Positions 38,840 to 50,469 are shown, numbered from the stretch's first letter. The stretch: 64,000 nucleotides of DNA from Phycisphaerae bacterium (GCA_035356615.1 DAOQSN010000007.1:56192-120191), one strand, 5' to 3'. Notes: a model not told the origin generated them from the letters alone. Translations and numbers: made by a program.

Positions 38840-40027
38840 CTAGCGACGCAGGAAGTACTCCATCAGTTCATGCCCCGGGTCAATTTGCAGGTCAGCCGCC
38901 GCAGCGTGGGTTTCATGGAAGGGCTTAGCCAGTACGGGGTGAATCGCGTGCCCAGCCAGGCAGAACGGCGGCGGTGTCCGAGTCCCCACGCGGGTGCCGA
39001 CCGGCAGGGTGTGATCCGGAGCAACAAGGATGCGCCACGCCGGGCTGGCCTGGAGTACCTCCAGAAGCGGCCCGACCAGGTGCTCGTCCAGGCGTTCGAG
39101 GGCGGCCACCTTGGCGCCCACGTCGCCCCGCCGCGCGGCCTCCTCGGCCCCGGCGGTCCGTACGACCAGAAGGTCGAAGTCCGCAAGTGCACGCCGGGCA
39201 ACCGTCGCCACCGTAGCTTCGTCCGGCTCGCAGGTGCCCTCGGCAGGGGCCACCTCGATCCAGGACCCGCCGACGTACTTCGCCAAGCCGCGCAGGAGCG
39301 GCCCGGCCGCCACCACCGCAGCCCCAAGCCCGAACCGCTCGCCGAACGGCTGCACGTGCGTTACCCGCCCCGGACCCCAAAGCCAGACGTCGGTGGCCGG
39401 ATTCTCACCCAAGTCACGCCGGACCAGGTTGACGTCGTGTCCGCCGAGGACGACGACGGCCCGTTCCGCGAGCTTCTTGAGCCAGTCGGCGCCAGGGCCG
39501 CGCGGTTCATGGGCGGCCACGGGCTGCTCGGGAATCAGGTGCGGCCTGGTGCACTTCGGCGCGAAATCAGCAGCGTCGGAGACCACCAGTAGGAACCGGT
39601 TCCCTGCGACGGGGTGGAACCGGCAGCGCGTCCCGGCGATCTGGTCGTTGAGATCCGACGCAAGCTGCTGGGCTTCGGGCGTGGACAGGCCGCCGGCGCT
39701 GAAGTCCGCCATCCGTCCTTCGACGAGCGTAACGAAGCTGCCGCAGAGGACCACCTGGTCGGGCTCCACTGGGACCCCGCCCGCCAACGCTTCCAGGTAG
39801 CCGCGTCCAGGATGCTCCGTCTGGGGGTTGTACCCCAGCAGCGCGAGGATTCCCGTGTCGCAGTCCGGGGTGAGACCCGTTGGGATCGTGTGGACCCGCC
39901 CCTGCCGACCGTGCTGGGCGATCCAGTCAAGGTGAGGCGTGCGGGCCGCCTCGCAGGGCGTACGCCCGTCGAGCTGCCGGACGGGCTCGTCGGCCGCCCC
40001 CGAAGGGATAACCAGTACGTACTTCAT
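38840..40027 (-). CDS. cofactor-independent phosphoglycerate mutase family protein (archaeal ApgM-like metalloenzyme)
   Basis: MKYVLVIPSGAADEP...GRTPCEAARTPHLDWIA...LLGYNP pattern. ATG at 40027. Confidence 0.75.
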   Translation of the reverse strand: MKYVLVIPSGAADEPVRQLDGRTPCEAARTPHLDWIAQHGRQGRVHTIPTGLTPDCDTGILALLGYNPQTEHPGRGYLEALAGGVPVEPDQVVLCGSFVTLVEGRMADFSAGGLSTPEAQQLASDLNDQIAGTRCRFHPVAGNRFLLVVSDAADFAPKCTRPHLIPEQPVAAHEPRGPGADWLKKLAERAVVVLGGHDVNLVRRDLGENPATDVWLWGPGRVTHVQPFGERFGLGAAVVAAGPLLRGLAKYVGGSWIEVAPAEGTCEPDEATVATVARRALADFDLLVVRTAGAEEAARRGDVGAKVAALERLDEHLVGPLLEVLQASPAWRILVAPDHTLPVGTRVGTRTPPPFCLAGHAIHPVLAKPFHETHAAAADLQIDPGHELMEYFLRR

Positions 40028-40240
40028 CGCGTGTGCACCCGGACAAGAAGGAGCGCGGTATAACCCGGCGTCGGGCACACGACCGGCAGCGGCGTGTGTC
40101 GACGGGGATCATACTCTACGTAGGTCTCGCGTGCGGTCAATTGAACCGGGGGGGCCGGGCGTGGCAGCCCGGACATTCCAACGCCTGCCGGCGGTGCCAA
40201 GCCGCGGGCTGCTCCCCCCCGCCGCAACAGGAGTAACCTC

Positions 40241-40531
40241 ATGCAGCGCAATTTGTTAGCGATCGTCGTGCTGGCGGCCGTCGTGCTGTATGCGCTCACC
40301 GCGCTTGGGCAGCTCCGTACCCGCGAGGAGCCCGGCGAGGGGCAGCAGCCCGCCTCCGCGGCCGTCTTTCGGGTGACCCTCCTGCCCGATCACGCGGACA
40401 GCGGCACGCCGTACTCGCAGGAGCTGGAAGCCTACCTCAACCGGATGGCCGGCGACGGCTGGCGGTTCCACTCGACGCTGGTGGCCCAGAACCGCGCGGT
40501 ACTGGTCTTCGAGCGTGTGCGGGGTCAGTAA
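40241..40531 (+). CDS. small signal-anchored protein, DUF4177-like C-terminus
   Basis: AGGAG lies 9 nt upstream. N-terminal TM segment LLAIVVLAAVVLYALTAL and C-terminal GDGWRFHSTLV...VLVFER. Confidence 0.5.
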   Translation: MQRNLLAIVVLAAVVLYALTALGQLRTREEPGEGQQPASAAVFRVTLLPDHADSGTPYSQELEAYLNRMAGDGWRFHSTLVAQNRAVLVFERVRGQ

Positions 40532-40655
40532 CCGCGGCGTCGACGGCCGGTGCACGGGCGCCGTCAGGGCGAAGCGCGGGGGCGAAGTCGGCGGCTACCG
40601 GTCTTTGCTCCCCCGGGGACGACCATGCCAACCGCGTGACCGGTGAAGAACCCAG

Positions 40656-42179
40656 GTGCGCGGACTGGCGGTGCCAGCATTGTTGACGCCGCAGGTCTCT
40701 GGTAGAACACGCCCGGTGCGTGCGCAGGAGGAGCCTCAGACGACGACGCCCGGCCCATGCATTGCCCGAGCTGACACCCGTCGCGTCGCGCGCGCGCATC
40801 CCTCCTGGTACCGACCACGAAACACGCCGACGAACGACACCCTGTCGCTCGCGGGCCGGCGCGTGCTCGTCGTGGGGCTGGGTCGCTGGGGCGGTGGGCT
40901 CGGCGTGACGCGGTGGCTCGCCGAAGAGGGGGCGCGGGTCACCGTTACCGATCAGGCCGGACCGGAGGTCCTGGCGGAGCCGCTGGCCGCCCTCGCCGAC
41001 GTAGAGGTCGCGCTGCACCTGGGCCGTCACGATCCACACGACCTGGAGGAAGCGGACCTCATCGTCGTCAACCCGGCCGTCAATAAGAAGGCGTCTGCGT
41101 TCTTCCACACCATCGTCGCGTCCGGACGACCGTGGACCACCGAGATCAACCTGTTCTGCGCCCGCTGCCCGGCGCCCGTCGTCGGCGTGACCGGCACCTA
41201 CGGCAAGAGCACGACCTGCGCGATGCTGACGGGCGCGCTGGACGCATGCGTGCAGGCGGGGCAGTTGCCGTATCGGGCGGTACACCTGGGCGGCAACATC
41301 GGGCGGTCGCTGCTGCCGGAACTGCGGGTTATTCAGCCTGAGGACGTCGTCGTCCTCGAGTTGTCGAACGCGCAGTTGGAGGACTTGCCGCAGATCGAGT
41401 GGGCACCCGCGGTGGGCGTCATCATCAACCTGTCCCCGCAACATCTGGATCGGTACAACTGCTACACAGAGTATGTCGCCGCCAAGCTCAACATCGCGCG
41501 GGACCCGCACCGCTTGAGCCGGGTCGTGGTGGGACCGCTGCCGCCGGAGGCGGAGGCGCTGCTGGGCGACATACTGGGGTCAGCTTCCGAGCGCCTGGTG
41601 CGGATCGCACCGCTGAGCGGGCCGCTGCCGTTGCACACCCCGGGGTCACACAATCAGGCGAACGCTGCCGGCGTGCTTGCCGTGTGCGATCTGCTGGACG
41701 CCACGAGGGAGCCGGCTGAGGCGGCGCTCCGGGCGTTCCCCGGCCTGCCGCACCGGTTGCAGTTCACGCGCGAGCTGGACGGCGTGCGGTATTACAATGA
41801 TTCCAAGGCAACCGCGCCGACGGCCGCTCTGACCGGCATCGCGGCGTTCACCGAACCGCTCGTCGTGCTGGTTGGCGGTCAGGACAAAGGGGTGGCGTTG
41901 GACGCCTGGGCAAAGGAGCTGGTGCGGCGCAGTCGCGTGGTGATTTGCGTGGGCGAATCCGGCCCGCGGGTGGCATCGGCCGTGCGCGCGGCGCGGGGGA
42001 CAGCCGCGGAACCGCCGGTACACCGCGTGGCCTCGCTGGACGCGGCCGTGGCGCTGGCGCACGCGGTCGCGCAGCCCGGTGACGTTGTGCTGCTTTCCCC
42101 CGGCGCACCGAGCTTCGATGCCTATCCCAACTTCGAGCATCGGGGCGAGCATTTCGCCCGGCTGGTACGGGCGCTCTGA
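40656..42179 (+). CDS. murD: UDP-N-acetylmuramoylalanine--D-glutamate ligase
   Basis: VLVVGLGRWGGG Rossmann motif and GTYGKSTT. The start is uncertain: no ATG lies upstream of the Rossmann loop, and candidates are GTG at 40656 or 40716. Confidence 0.85.
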   Translation: MRGLAVPALLTPQVSGRTRPVRAQEEPQTTTPGPCIARADTRRVARAHPSWYRPRNTPTNDTLSLAGRRVLVVGLGRWGGGLGVTRWLAEEGARVTVTDQAGPEVLAEPLAALADVEVALHLGRHDPHDLEEADLIVVNPAVNKKASAFFHTIVASGRPWTTEINLFCARCPAPVVGVTGTYGKSTTCAMLTGALDACVQAGQLPYRAVHLGGNIGRSLLPELRVIQPEDVVVLELSNAQLEDLPQIEWAPAVGVIINLSPQHLDRYNCYTEYVAAKLNIARDPHRLSRVVVGPLPPEAEALLGDILGSASERLVRIAPLSGPLPLHTPGSHNQANAAGVLAVCDLLDATREPAEAALRAFPGLPHRLQFTRELDGVRYYNDSKATAPTAALTGIAAFTEPLVVLVGGQDKGVALDAWAKELVRRSRVVICVGESGPRVASAVRAARGTAAEPPVHRVASLDAAVALAHAVAQPGDVVLLSPGAPSFDAYPNFEHRGEHFARLVRAL

Positions 42180-42589
42180 CAAGCGTACCACGACGGCGCG
42201 GCGTCGGACTCCGGAACGCAGTTCTCACCGAGCTCGGCGGCATCCGAGCGCCTTCCAACGACGATCGGCCGTGTCCGCCGATGCCGGTGAGGACGCCGAT
42301 TTCCGCGACCGGGAACCAAAGGGAGTCTCGGACCGCCACGGTCGCGCCATCGCGGCTCGGGACTCGGCCGGTAGTCCTCCGCAGCAGTTGCACCCGAAGC
42401 GTAGTGACGATTCCGGACTTGAATGGCAGCGCCCCGGATTCCGCCGGCCAGGTACGAGCGGAGGAGAGCTTCTCGCGCTACCACCGGTTCCTGCCCCGGC
42501 GCGTGCAAGCCTGCGGCGCCAATGCAGGCGTCCGGCCGCGCCGTTGTCGTTGCGATTGGGATCGCCGGCGGTGAATCGGACACAGTGAT

Positions 42590-44287
<1,698 letters not shown>

Positions 44288-44508
44288 TCCTTGAACACCC
44301 TCGATGTACTCCACACGCTCAGTATCTTGGCGGTCCGCAAGGACTCCAGGACGCCGGCGCCCCGTCCCGACTGGACGGCGAGACGCCCGTACGAACACGG
44401 GCGGAGCGCCCGTGCCACGCATTGTGCGGCACCTTTGGCGTGGCGGCAAACTCCTCCGGGGGAGCGTGCACCGCGGCTCGTCGGAGCGGGCATGGCGGAA
44501 CCCGCGCC

Positions 44509-45468
44509 TCACGACCGGCCGCCGAAGACGGCCAGGCCCACCAGCGTACTCAGGTTGAACAGGGCATGGGCGGCTACGGGCACCCAGATCGCCCCGGTGC
44601 GCTCGTAGGCTACCCCCAGCAGCACCGCCAGTAACACCAGGGCGGGTAGATGCTGCACCTGGGAGTGCACGGTCGCAAACGCCACCGCCGTCAGCAGAAT
44701 CGCCACCCACCGGCTGCTCAAGTACGTGACCAGGAACGTCTGGAGCATCCCCCGGAAGAACATCTCCTCCGCCACCGGTGCGATGGCCACCGCCCCCGCC
44801 CAGGCCAACACGACCAGCCCCAACGGCGCGAGCCCGCTGTGGAGCACCTCGATCACCGTGTGCTCCGCGAACTCGAACTCCGGCCAAGCCCAGTGGATCG
44901 CAAAAGCGGTCAGGTGCGAAGTCAGGTTGCACAAAACGGCGGCTGCCACTGTCACGCCGGCGACCCAGAGCAGCCCGCGGCCCAACCGCCGCCGCCCGGA
45001 CCAGAACTGCCGCGCACCGCCCTCAAACCGTCGCCCAATGATGGTCAGAACCGCCAGCCCACCAAGGATGGCGGCCCCATTGGTTGCCACGACGGCCCGC
45101 AAGGCGTCCTGCCGGAGCGTACCCTCCAACGCGCCCACGGGGTCGGGGGTGTCCGGGTCAATCGGTATCGGCCAGACGAGTCGCGTCGCCCACTGAAGCA
45201 CGACCGACGCCGCCAGGTAGGCGGCGATTGCCCAAAGGATCGACTCGGGCAGCAAGGTGTTGCCGCGGCGCGGCGCGGCGGCCAGCGGGTCACCTTTCGC
45301 ACGCACCCGCCAGATGACGACGATCCCCACCAATGCCAGGAACCCCGCGGCCGCCAGCGGTTGCCACAGCGGCTCCGGCGAGTACTCTGGCGCAGCGGTG
45401 CCCAAACCCAAGGCGAGGCCACCTGCGGCTATGGGGAACGCAGCGACACCGGCCGGCACGGAGTTCAT
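44509..45468 (-). CDS. CPBP-family intramembrane glutamic endopeptidase (CAAX protease/Abi)
   Basis: EEMFFRG, FATVHS and HALFN motifs in a polytopic protein. Confidence 0.8.
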   Translation of the reverse strand: MNSVPAGVAAFPIAAGGLALGLGTAAPEYSPEPLWQPLAAAGFLALVGIVVIWRVRAKGDPLAAAPRRGNTLLPESILWAIAAYLAASVVLQWATRLVWPIPIDPDTPDPVGALEGTLRQDALRAVVATNGAAILGGLAVLTIIGRRFEGGARQFWSGRRRLGRGLLWVAGVTVAAAVLCNLTSHLTAFAIHWAWPEFEFAEHTVIEVLHSGLAPLGLVVLAWAGAVAIAPVAEEMFFRGMLQTFLVTYLSSRWVAILLTAVAFATVHSQVQHLPALVLLAVLLGVAYERTGAIWVPVAAHALFNLSTLVGLAVFGGRS

Positions 45469-45473
45469 GGTCG

Positions 45474-46352
45474 ATGACTATATTGGAGCGAATCGCAGCT
45501 GACAAACGGCGTACGGTTGAGGGAGCCCGCCGGCGGTGCCCGCTGGCGCAGTTGCAGACAGCCGCGGCCACCTGCCCGCCGCCCCGCGACTTCGCCGGCG
45601 CCGTTGCCGGGAGCATTCCGACGCGCCCGGCGACGACCACCGTGCCTGCGGCGCCGCAGGTCACGGGATTCCACGCCGCTTGCCCCCCTGCCGGACCGCG
45701 GATCATCGCCGAGATCAAGAAGCGTTCACCGTCGGCCGGGGTGTTGGTGGCCGACTTCGACCCGGTCGCGATCGCCCGGCAGTACCACCGCCACGGTGCG
45801 GCCGCCCTGAGCGTGTTAACCGACGAGCCGTACTTCGGTGGCCGACTGGAACACATCGCGGCCGTCAAGGCGGCCGTGCCCCTGCCCGTGCTCCGCAAGG
45901 ACTTCATCATCGACGATTACCAACTCTACGAGTCTCGCGTGGCCGGTGCCGATGCCGTGCTGCTGATTGCGGAAGTGCTCGGGGCGGCTCGGATTGCCGA
46001 GTTGCTGCCCGTCTGCCACCGCCTGACGCTGGCTGCCTTGGTTGAGGTGCACAGCGAGGACAACCTGCGGGCGGTGCGCGCCGCGCTCGGCGACCCGGCC
46101 GTCGGACACTACCTGCTCGGCATCAACAACCGCGACCTCACGGTACAGCGCACAGACTTGAGCACCACGGCCCGCCTGGCCGCCACGCTGCCACCCGGCG
46201 TGCCGTTCATCTCGGAAAGTGGAATCCACACCCGCACCGACGTCCTCGCCGTCGGGCAGGCAGGTGCGTGTGCGGTCCTTGTTGGTGAGATTATGCTCCG
46301 GGCACGCGATATCGGCGAGAAGCTGCGCGAGCTGCGTGGGAGTGGTGAGTAG
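45474..46352 (+). CDS. trpC: indole-3-glycerol phosphate synthase
   Basis: IIAEIKKRSPSAG, LSVLTDEPYFGG, LRKDFIIDDYQ. Confidence 0.9.
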   Translation: MTILERIAADKRRTVEGARRRCPLAQLQTAAATCPPPRDFAGAVAGSIPTRPATTTVPAAPQVTGFHAACPPAGPRIIAEIKKRSPSAGVLVADFDPVAIARQYHRHGAAALSVLTDEPYFGGRLEHIAAVKAAVPLPVLRKDFIIDDYQLYESRVAGADAVLLIAEVLGAARIAELLPVCHRLTLAALVEVHSEDNLRAVRAALGDPAVGHYLLGINNRDLTVQRTDLSTTARLAATLPPGVPFISESGIHTRTDVLAVGQAGACAVLVGEIMLRARDIGEKLRELRGSGE

Positions 46353-46467
46353 CGAGTGCGGAAGGCAAAAGGCAACAGGTAAGAGGTAAAAGAACCCGGA
46401 TCGGGGGCCGCTAATCCGATCCGCGACGTGGCGGAACGCCCCGAGGATGGCCAACTGCGAGTAGGAA

Positions 46468-46845
46468 GTGACCATGACAACCGACAGCCAGAAGGATTCG
46501 CCGGCCGCAGAGTTACTGGGCGGCATGATTGCGCCGGCCCTCCTCGTCCTCCTCGCCGTTTTCAACCTCGTCAAAGGCGAGGTATACTGGCCCATCATCA
46601 AAGAAGCCTACACATCGCGAGGAGAGTTCCGCGTGGCAGCAGGCGGACTTCTCGCAGCGACCAGCCTGCCGTGGGCATTCTGGGAGACTGTCCTCATGAA
46701 GCTTGGGTTCGCCGGTGTGCTCTTCAGTTGGCACTTCCTCGCCAATCACACGCGCATGGAGCGTTGGACCTACCCCGTCGGGATTGCAGGAGCCATCGTA
46801 GCGTTGGCGGGTATGGGCATCGCCGTCGTTGGCGCGCTGTGGTGA
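46468..46845 (+). CDS. small hypothetical membrane protein
   Basis: AGGAAG Shine-Dalgarno and three or four hydrophobic helices. Confidence 0.5.
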   Translation: MTMTTDSQKDSPAAELLGGMIAPALLVLLAVFNLVKGEVYWPIIKEAYTSRGEFRVAAGGLLAATSLPWAFWETVLMKLGFAGVLFSWHFLANHTRMERWTYPVGIAGAIVALAGMGIAVVGALW

Positions 46846-46915
46846 AACACCGCTCCCTCGGCACTACAATCCGTGAAAGACCGCTGATCAGACCCGGCGG
46901 AAGGGGTCACCCGAG

Positions 46916-48277
46916 ATGGAGTTTCTGTCCACCTGGGCTGTCCAGACCTGGGGCGTCCTGGTGCAGGCCGGGCCGTGGTTGCTCGGTGGGTTCATCCTGG
47001 CCGGGTTCATCCACGCCTACCTGCCGATGGGCAAGGTCGCCCGGCACCTCGGGGCACCCAGGCTGGCCGGCGTGCTCAAGGCGTCGCTGATCGGCGTGCC
47101 GCTGCCGCTGTGCTCGTGCAGCGTCATCCCGGTGGCGGCCGCCCTGCGCAAACAGGGGGCGAGTCGCGGGGCCACCGCGGCCTTCCTGGTCAGCACGCCC
47201 GAAACCGGCGTGGACTCCATCTCGATCTCCTACGCCCTGCTGGGACCGTTCCTGGCGGTGCTGCGTCCGATCGCCGCATTCGTGACGGCCATGGTGGCCG
47301 GCTGCACGATCAACTGGTTCACGCGTGATCCGAGCCCAAGCGGGAGAATAGCGAATGGCGAAGAGCGAATAGCGAATGCAGAGGCGGGACGCTTGGCTGA
47401 TCCGAGCCCGAGCGGGAGCGAGGGGCACGACGGGTGCACACATGCGGTCATTGACTCGCCCCGGCCGGTGCGGCCTACCATCGCGCCCCAGCACAGTTGC
47501 TGCTCGCGTCCAGTCGCCGGAATCCCGACAATGCCCGTAGACACCAGCGCCTGCGGGGAATCGGGCACGGCATCGCGCCAGTCGCCGTCGCATTCCGAGC
47601 CGGCTCTGACCTGCTGCGGGCACACGACGTTGCCCGCTGCCACACCTGCCGTTTATCCCGACACCCATCGCGGTGGTTCCGAGCGCTGGCATCGTGTCGT
47701 ACGCCGCCTGTCCGATTCGCGCATCGCGCGGGCCCTGCGCTATGGGCTCAGCGACATGTTCGCCGATCTGGGGCACTGGCTATTGCTGGGATTCGCGCTC
47801 GCGGGACTGATCTCGGCCCTGGTGCCGCCGGGTCTCCTCGAGCGTTACATTGGTGAGGGACCGCTCGCGTACCTCGTTACTCTCGCGGTTGCGCTGCCGC
47901 TCTATGTCTGTGCCACGTCATCGACACCGGTTGCGGCCGCTCTCATCGCCAAGGGCCTGAGTCCCGGCGCTGCGGTCGTGTTTCTGCTGGCGGGGCCGGC
48001 CAGCAACGCTGCGACGATGGTCATTGTGGCGCGCATGCTCGGGCGACGCGCCCTGGCGCTCTACCTGGCGAGCATTGTAATCACCGCCGTGCTGTTCGGC
48101 GTTGCCACCGATGCCCTGCTGGGCACCGCGGTCCTTCCGACCGTCACTACGCTTCATCACCACCACGCCGAAGCTGGCGGCGGCGCAGCCATCGCTGCCG
48201 TCGTTCTCATCGGACTCATGTTCACCGGTGTTGTCCGGCGAATGAGCCGTAGCGTCGCCCCGCTACGGGCGACATAG
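46916..48277 (+). CDS. DUF318/SO_0444-type permease (putative metal transporter) with an enlarged Cys/His-containing central loop
   Basis: GVPLPLCSCSVIP and STPETGVDS motifs. The central ~120 aa carry HSCCS and TCCGH and contain repeat DNA. Confidence 0.75.
   Translation: MEFLSTWAVQTWGVLVQAGPWLLGGFILAGFIHAYLPMGKVARHLGAPRLAGVLKASLIGVPLPLCSCSVIPVAAALRKQGASRGATAAFLVSTPETGVDSISISYALLGPFLAVLRPIAAFVTAMVAGCTINWFTRDPSPSGRIANGEERIANAEAGRLADPSPSGSEGHDGCTHAVIDSPRPVRPTIAPQHSCCSRPVAGIPTMPVDTSACGESGTASRQSPSHSEPALTCCGHTTLPAATPAVYPDTHRGGSERWHRVVRRLSDSRIARALRYGLSDMFADLGHWLLLGFALAGLISALVPPGLLERYIGEGPLAYLVTLAVALPLYVCATSSTPVAAALIAKGLSPGAAVVFLLAGPASNAATMVIVARMLGRRALALYLASIVITAVLFGVATDALLGTAVLPTVTTLHHHHAEAGGGAAIAAVVLIGLMFTGVVRRMSRSVAPLRAT
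47328..47425 (+). repeat. composite repeat inside the permease CDS: GATCCGAGCCC(A/G)AGCGGGAG direct repeats flanking a GAATAGCGAATG duplication
   Basis: Direct repeats at 47328-47347 and 47399-47418, with GAATAGCGAATG at about 47346 and about 47367. The 3' copy extends into the family-D motif ...GCGAGGGG. Confidence 0.8.
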
Positions 48278-48300
48278 TGAAGAATGGAGCCGCGGCGCAT

Positions 48301-48330
48301 CCTACATCGGCCACGGGGGGCCGACGCTAC
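48301..48330 (+). repeat. family-C hairpin repeat
   Basis: CCTACATCGGCCACGGGGGGCCGACGCTAC. Confidence 0.8.
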
Positions 48331-48384
48331 CGCCGCGCCGCAACTGACAACTGACGACTGACAACTTATAGGCGACAGCCTTCG

Positions 48385-49989
48385 CTACGCCCCCACCTGC
48401 CGCACGGCGTCGATCACCGTACCGTCAACCCACTTAATGACCGCCACGACCTTCTCCCCGAACTTCGGCCGTGCCGGCGCGCCGCCGCACATACTGTCGA
48501 TTTCCTTCTTCAGATCATGAATCGAGCGGATCGGCAGGTCGGACCCCTTGACCGCATCAATGAGGTCCTGCCGGCGCGGGTTGATGGCGATACCGCGCTC
48601 GGTCACGATCACGTCGATCAACTCGCCGGGGCCCACAACCGTCGTCACGCGGTCGAGGATCACCGGAATGCGGTCGCGCACGGCCGGGATGGGCAGGATG
48701 ACGCACGGGCTGGACAGGCAGTTCTGCCACCCGCCGATGCCGTGCAGCAGCTTGCCATCCGAGTGGGTCACCACGTTGGCGTTGAAATCGACGTCCACTT
48801 CCGTCGCCCCGAGCACGACGGCATCGACGAACGTGGCGAAGCAGCCCTTGCCGTGCCAATTGTAACTCGTAAACGGGCTGGTGTGCACGTGGCGCGGGTT
48901 ATCGCGCATGGAGCGCACACCGTGCAGGTCGAAGGTCTGGCCGTCGAGGATGTAGTCGGTGAGCCCCTCCTCCAGCATCTGCACCAGGTACTTCGTGCTG
49001 CCGCCGCGGATAAAGCGGGCCTTGACGTTCGCCTGTTTCATGTAGTCCCGCAGGTAGATGGCGAACGCCAGGGAGGTGCCACCCGCCCCGGCCTGGAACG
49101 AGAAGCCGTCCTTCATGATCCCCGCCTCGCGGACGAAGCGGGCCGCCAGTTCGGCGATCAGCAGCCGGTCCGGGCTTTTGGTGAGCTCGGTCGTGCCGGA
49201 GATAATCTTGGCCGGGTCACCAATGCAGTCCATCACCACGACCTGATCTACACAGTTGCCCTGGATTTGCCACGGCACGCAGGGGAACGGGACGAGGTTG
49301 TCGGTCACCATGATGACCTGGTCGGCATACATGGAGTCAACCAGCCCGAACCCCAGCCCGCCGCAGGCCGAGGGCCCCTTGACACCGTTGGCGTTGCCGA
49401 ACGGATCGCACTCCGGCGCCGCCAGCACGGCGATGTCAATGTGGACTTCGCCGTCCTGCACCGCCTGCCACCGCCCGCCGTGGGAGCGCAGGACGCCGAG
49501 CCCGCGCATCTTCCCATAGGAGCAACGCTCCCCGATGGGCCCGTTCATGGAACCCTCGACGTGATGAATGACCCCGGCGTCCATCAACTCAATCAGCGGC
49601 GCGTGACAGGGGAAGCACGCGCTGGGGAACCAGATCAGGTCCTTGATGCCCAGTTCCGCCGCCGCCCGGAACAGCGGCACGGCCACCTTGTCACCATTGC
49701 GAAAGTGGTGGTGGGTGGAGATGCGCATGCCGTCGCGGACGCCGGCCTGCTGCAGGGCAACCTTGAAGGCGTCGATATTGGCGCGCTCGCCGCCGCCCTG
49801 CGTCTTGGCGTCCGCGACGACCTTGTTCCCATCAGCCGGGTAGTCTGCGCAGGACGGTACGGGCGGAGCAGCCTTGCGCCCGGTCGGCTTATACTTACCC
49901 ACGCCCTGAAACGGGACGGCCGGCTGGCCATTGACATGAGTGGGAACCAAGCGACCGGCCGCGTTCTCGACCAGTTTCATTGCCATCAC
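48385..49989 (-). CDS. citF: citrate lyase alpha subunit (citrate CoA/ACP-transferase)
   Basis: CitF-like throughout (ISTHHHFRNGD, RSHGGR, the GGLGFGLVD region). Confidence 0.85.
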   Translation of the reverse strand: MMAMKLVENAAGRLVPTHVNGQPAVPFQGVGKYKPTGRKAAPPVPSCADYPADGNKVVADAKTQGGGERANIDAFKVALQQAGVRDGMRISTHHHFRNGDKVAVPLFRAAAELGIKDLIWFPSACFPCHAPLIELMDAGVIHHVEGSMNGPIGERCSYGKMRGLGVLRSHGGRWQAVQDGEVHIDIAVLAAPECDPFGNANGVKGPSACGGLGFGLVDSMYADQVIMVTDNLVPFPCVPWQIQGNCVDQVVVMDCIGDPAKIISGTTELTKSPDRLLIAELAARFVREAGIMKDGFSFQAGAGGTSLAFAIYLRDYMKQANVKARFIRGGSTKYLVQMLEEGLTDYILDGQTFDLHGVRSMRDNPRHVHTSPFTSYNWHGKGCFATFVDAVVLGATEVDVDFNANVVTHSDGKLLHGIGGWQNCLSSPCVILPIPAVRDRIPVILDRVTTVVGPGELIDVIVTERGIAINPRRQDLIDAVKGSDLPIRSIHDLKKEIDSMCGGAPARPKFGEKVVAVIKWVDGTVIDAVRQVGA

Positions 49990-50100
49990 ACTGTGCCTCC
50001 CGGCACGTCGTCAGCTCTCGGCAGGCCCGTTACGTAGCCCCCGCGGCGGGAGGCTCCGAACGCTCGGGCCGCTAACACTGGCGCTACGGGCGAGCATCCG

Positions 50101-50468
50101 TCACGCGTTGTCAGCCAGGCGCCGAATCCGCACGGCGCTCTCATCCGCAATCCACAACTGCCCCGCGAGGGGCTCCGCCGCCAACAAGCGCAAGACCAGG
50201 TCAAACACCGCCAGTACCTGCGCTCGCGACTGGCGTGCCGCGCGCAGCACGATCACCCCCGCATCCGCCTTCGTGGATAAGCTGCGCGCGTCGGCAAAGT
50301 CGAGATCCAGAGTGACCAGCACCCGACTCTCGTGCCGGCACGCTGTCAGTAGCGCCGCATCGGGCTGTCCGACCATGTCCTGGTCCCTGACGCTCAGGGC
50401 GTCGTATCCGCTGCGCCGCAGGCGCGCAACCACCTCCACCGGGAGATTCTCATCCACCTTAAATCGCA

Positions 50469-50469
<1 letters not shown>
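50101..50469 (-). CDS. DUF5615 (PIN-like/Mut7-C) putative toxin
   Basis: MRFKVDENLP...VLVTLDLDFAD pattern. The start overlaps the stop of the upstream DUF433 gene. Confidence 0.8.

Noticed and set aside
40683-40740. TTGACG-containing promoter-like string and AGGAGGAG upstream of or inside the murD ORF.
   Set aside because: There is no acceptable -10 element at proper spacing. No in-frame start codon follows the SD-like string within range.
42122-42583. 153-aa minus-strand ORF filling the murD-glnS gap.
   Set aside because: It has mixed third-position composition, a low-complexity Arg/Pro/Gly-rich translation, overlap with the murD 3' end, and no motifs. It is probably noncoding spacer.
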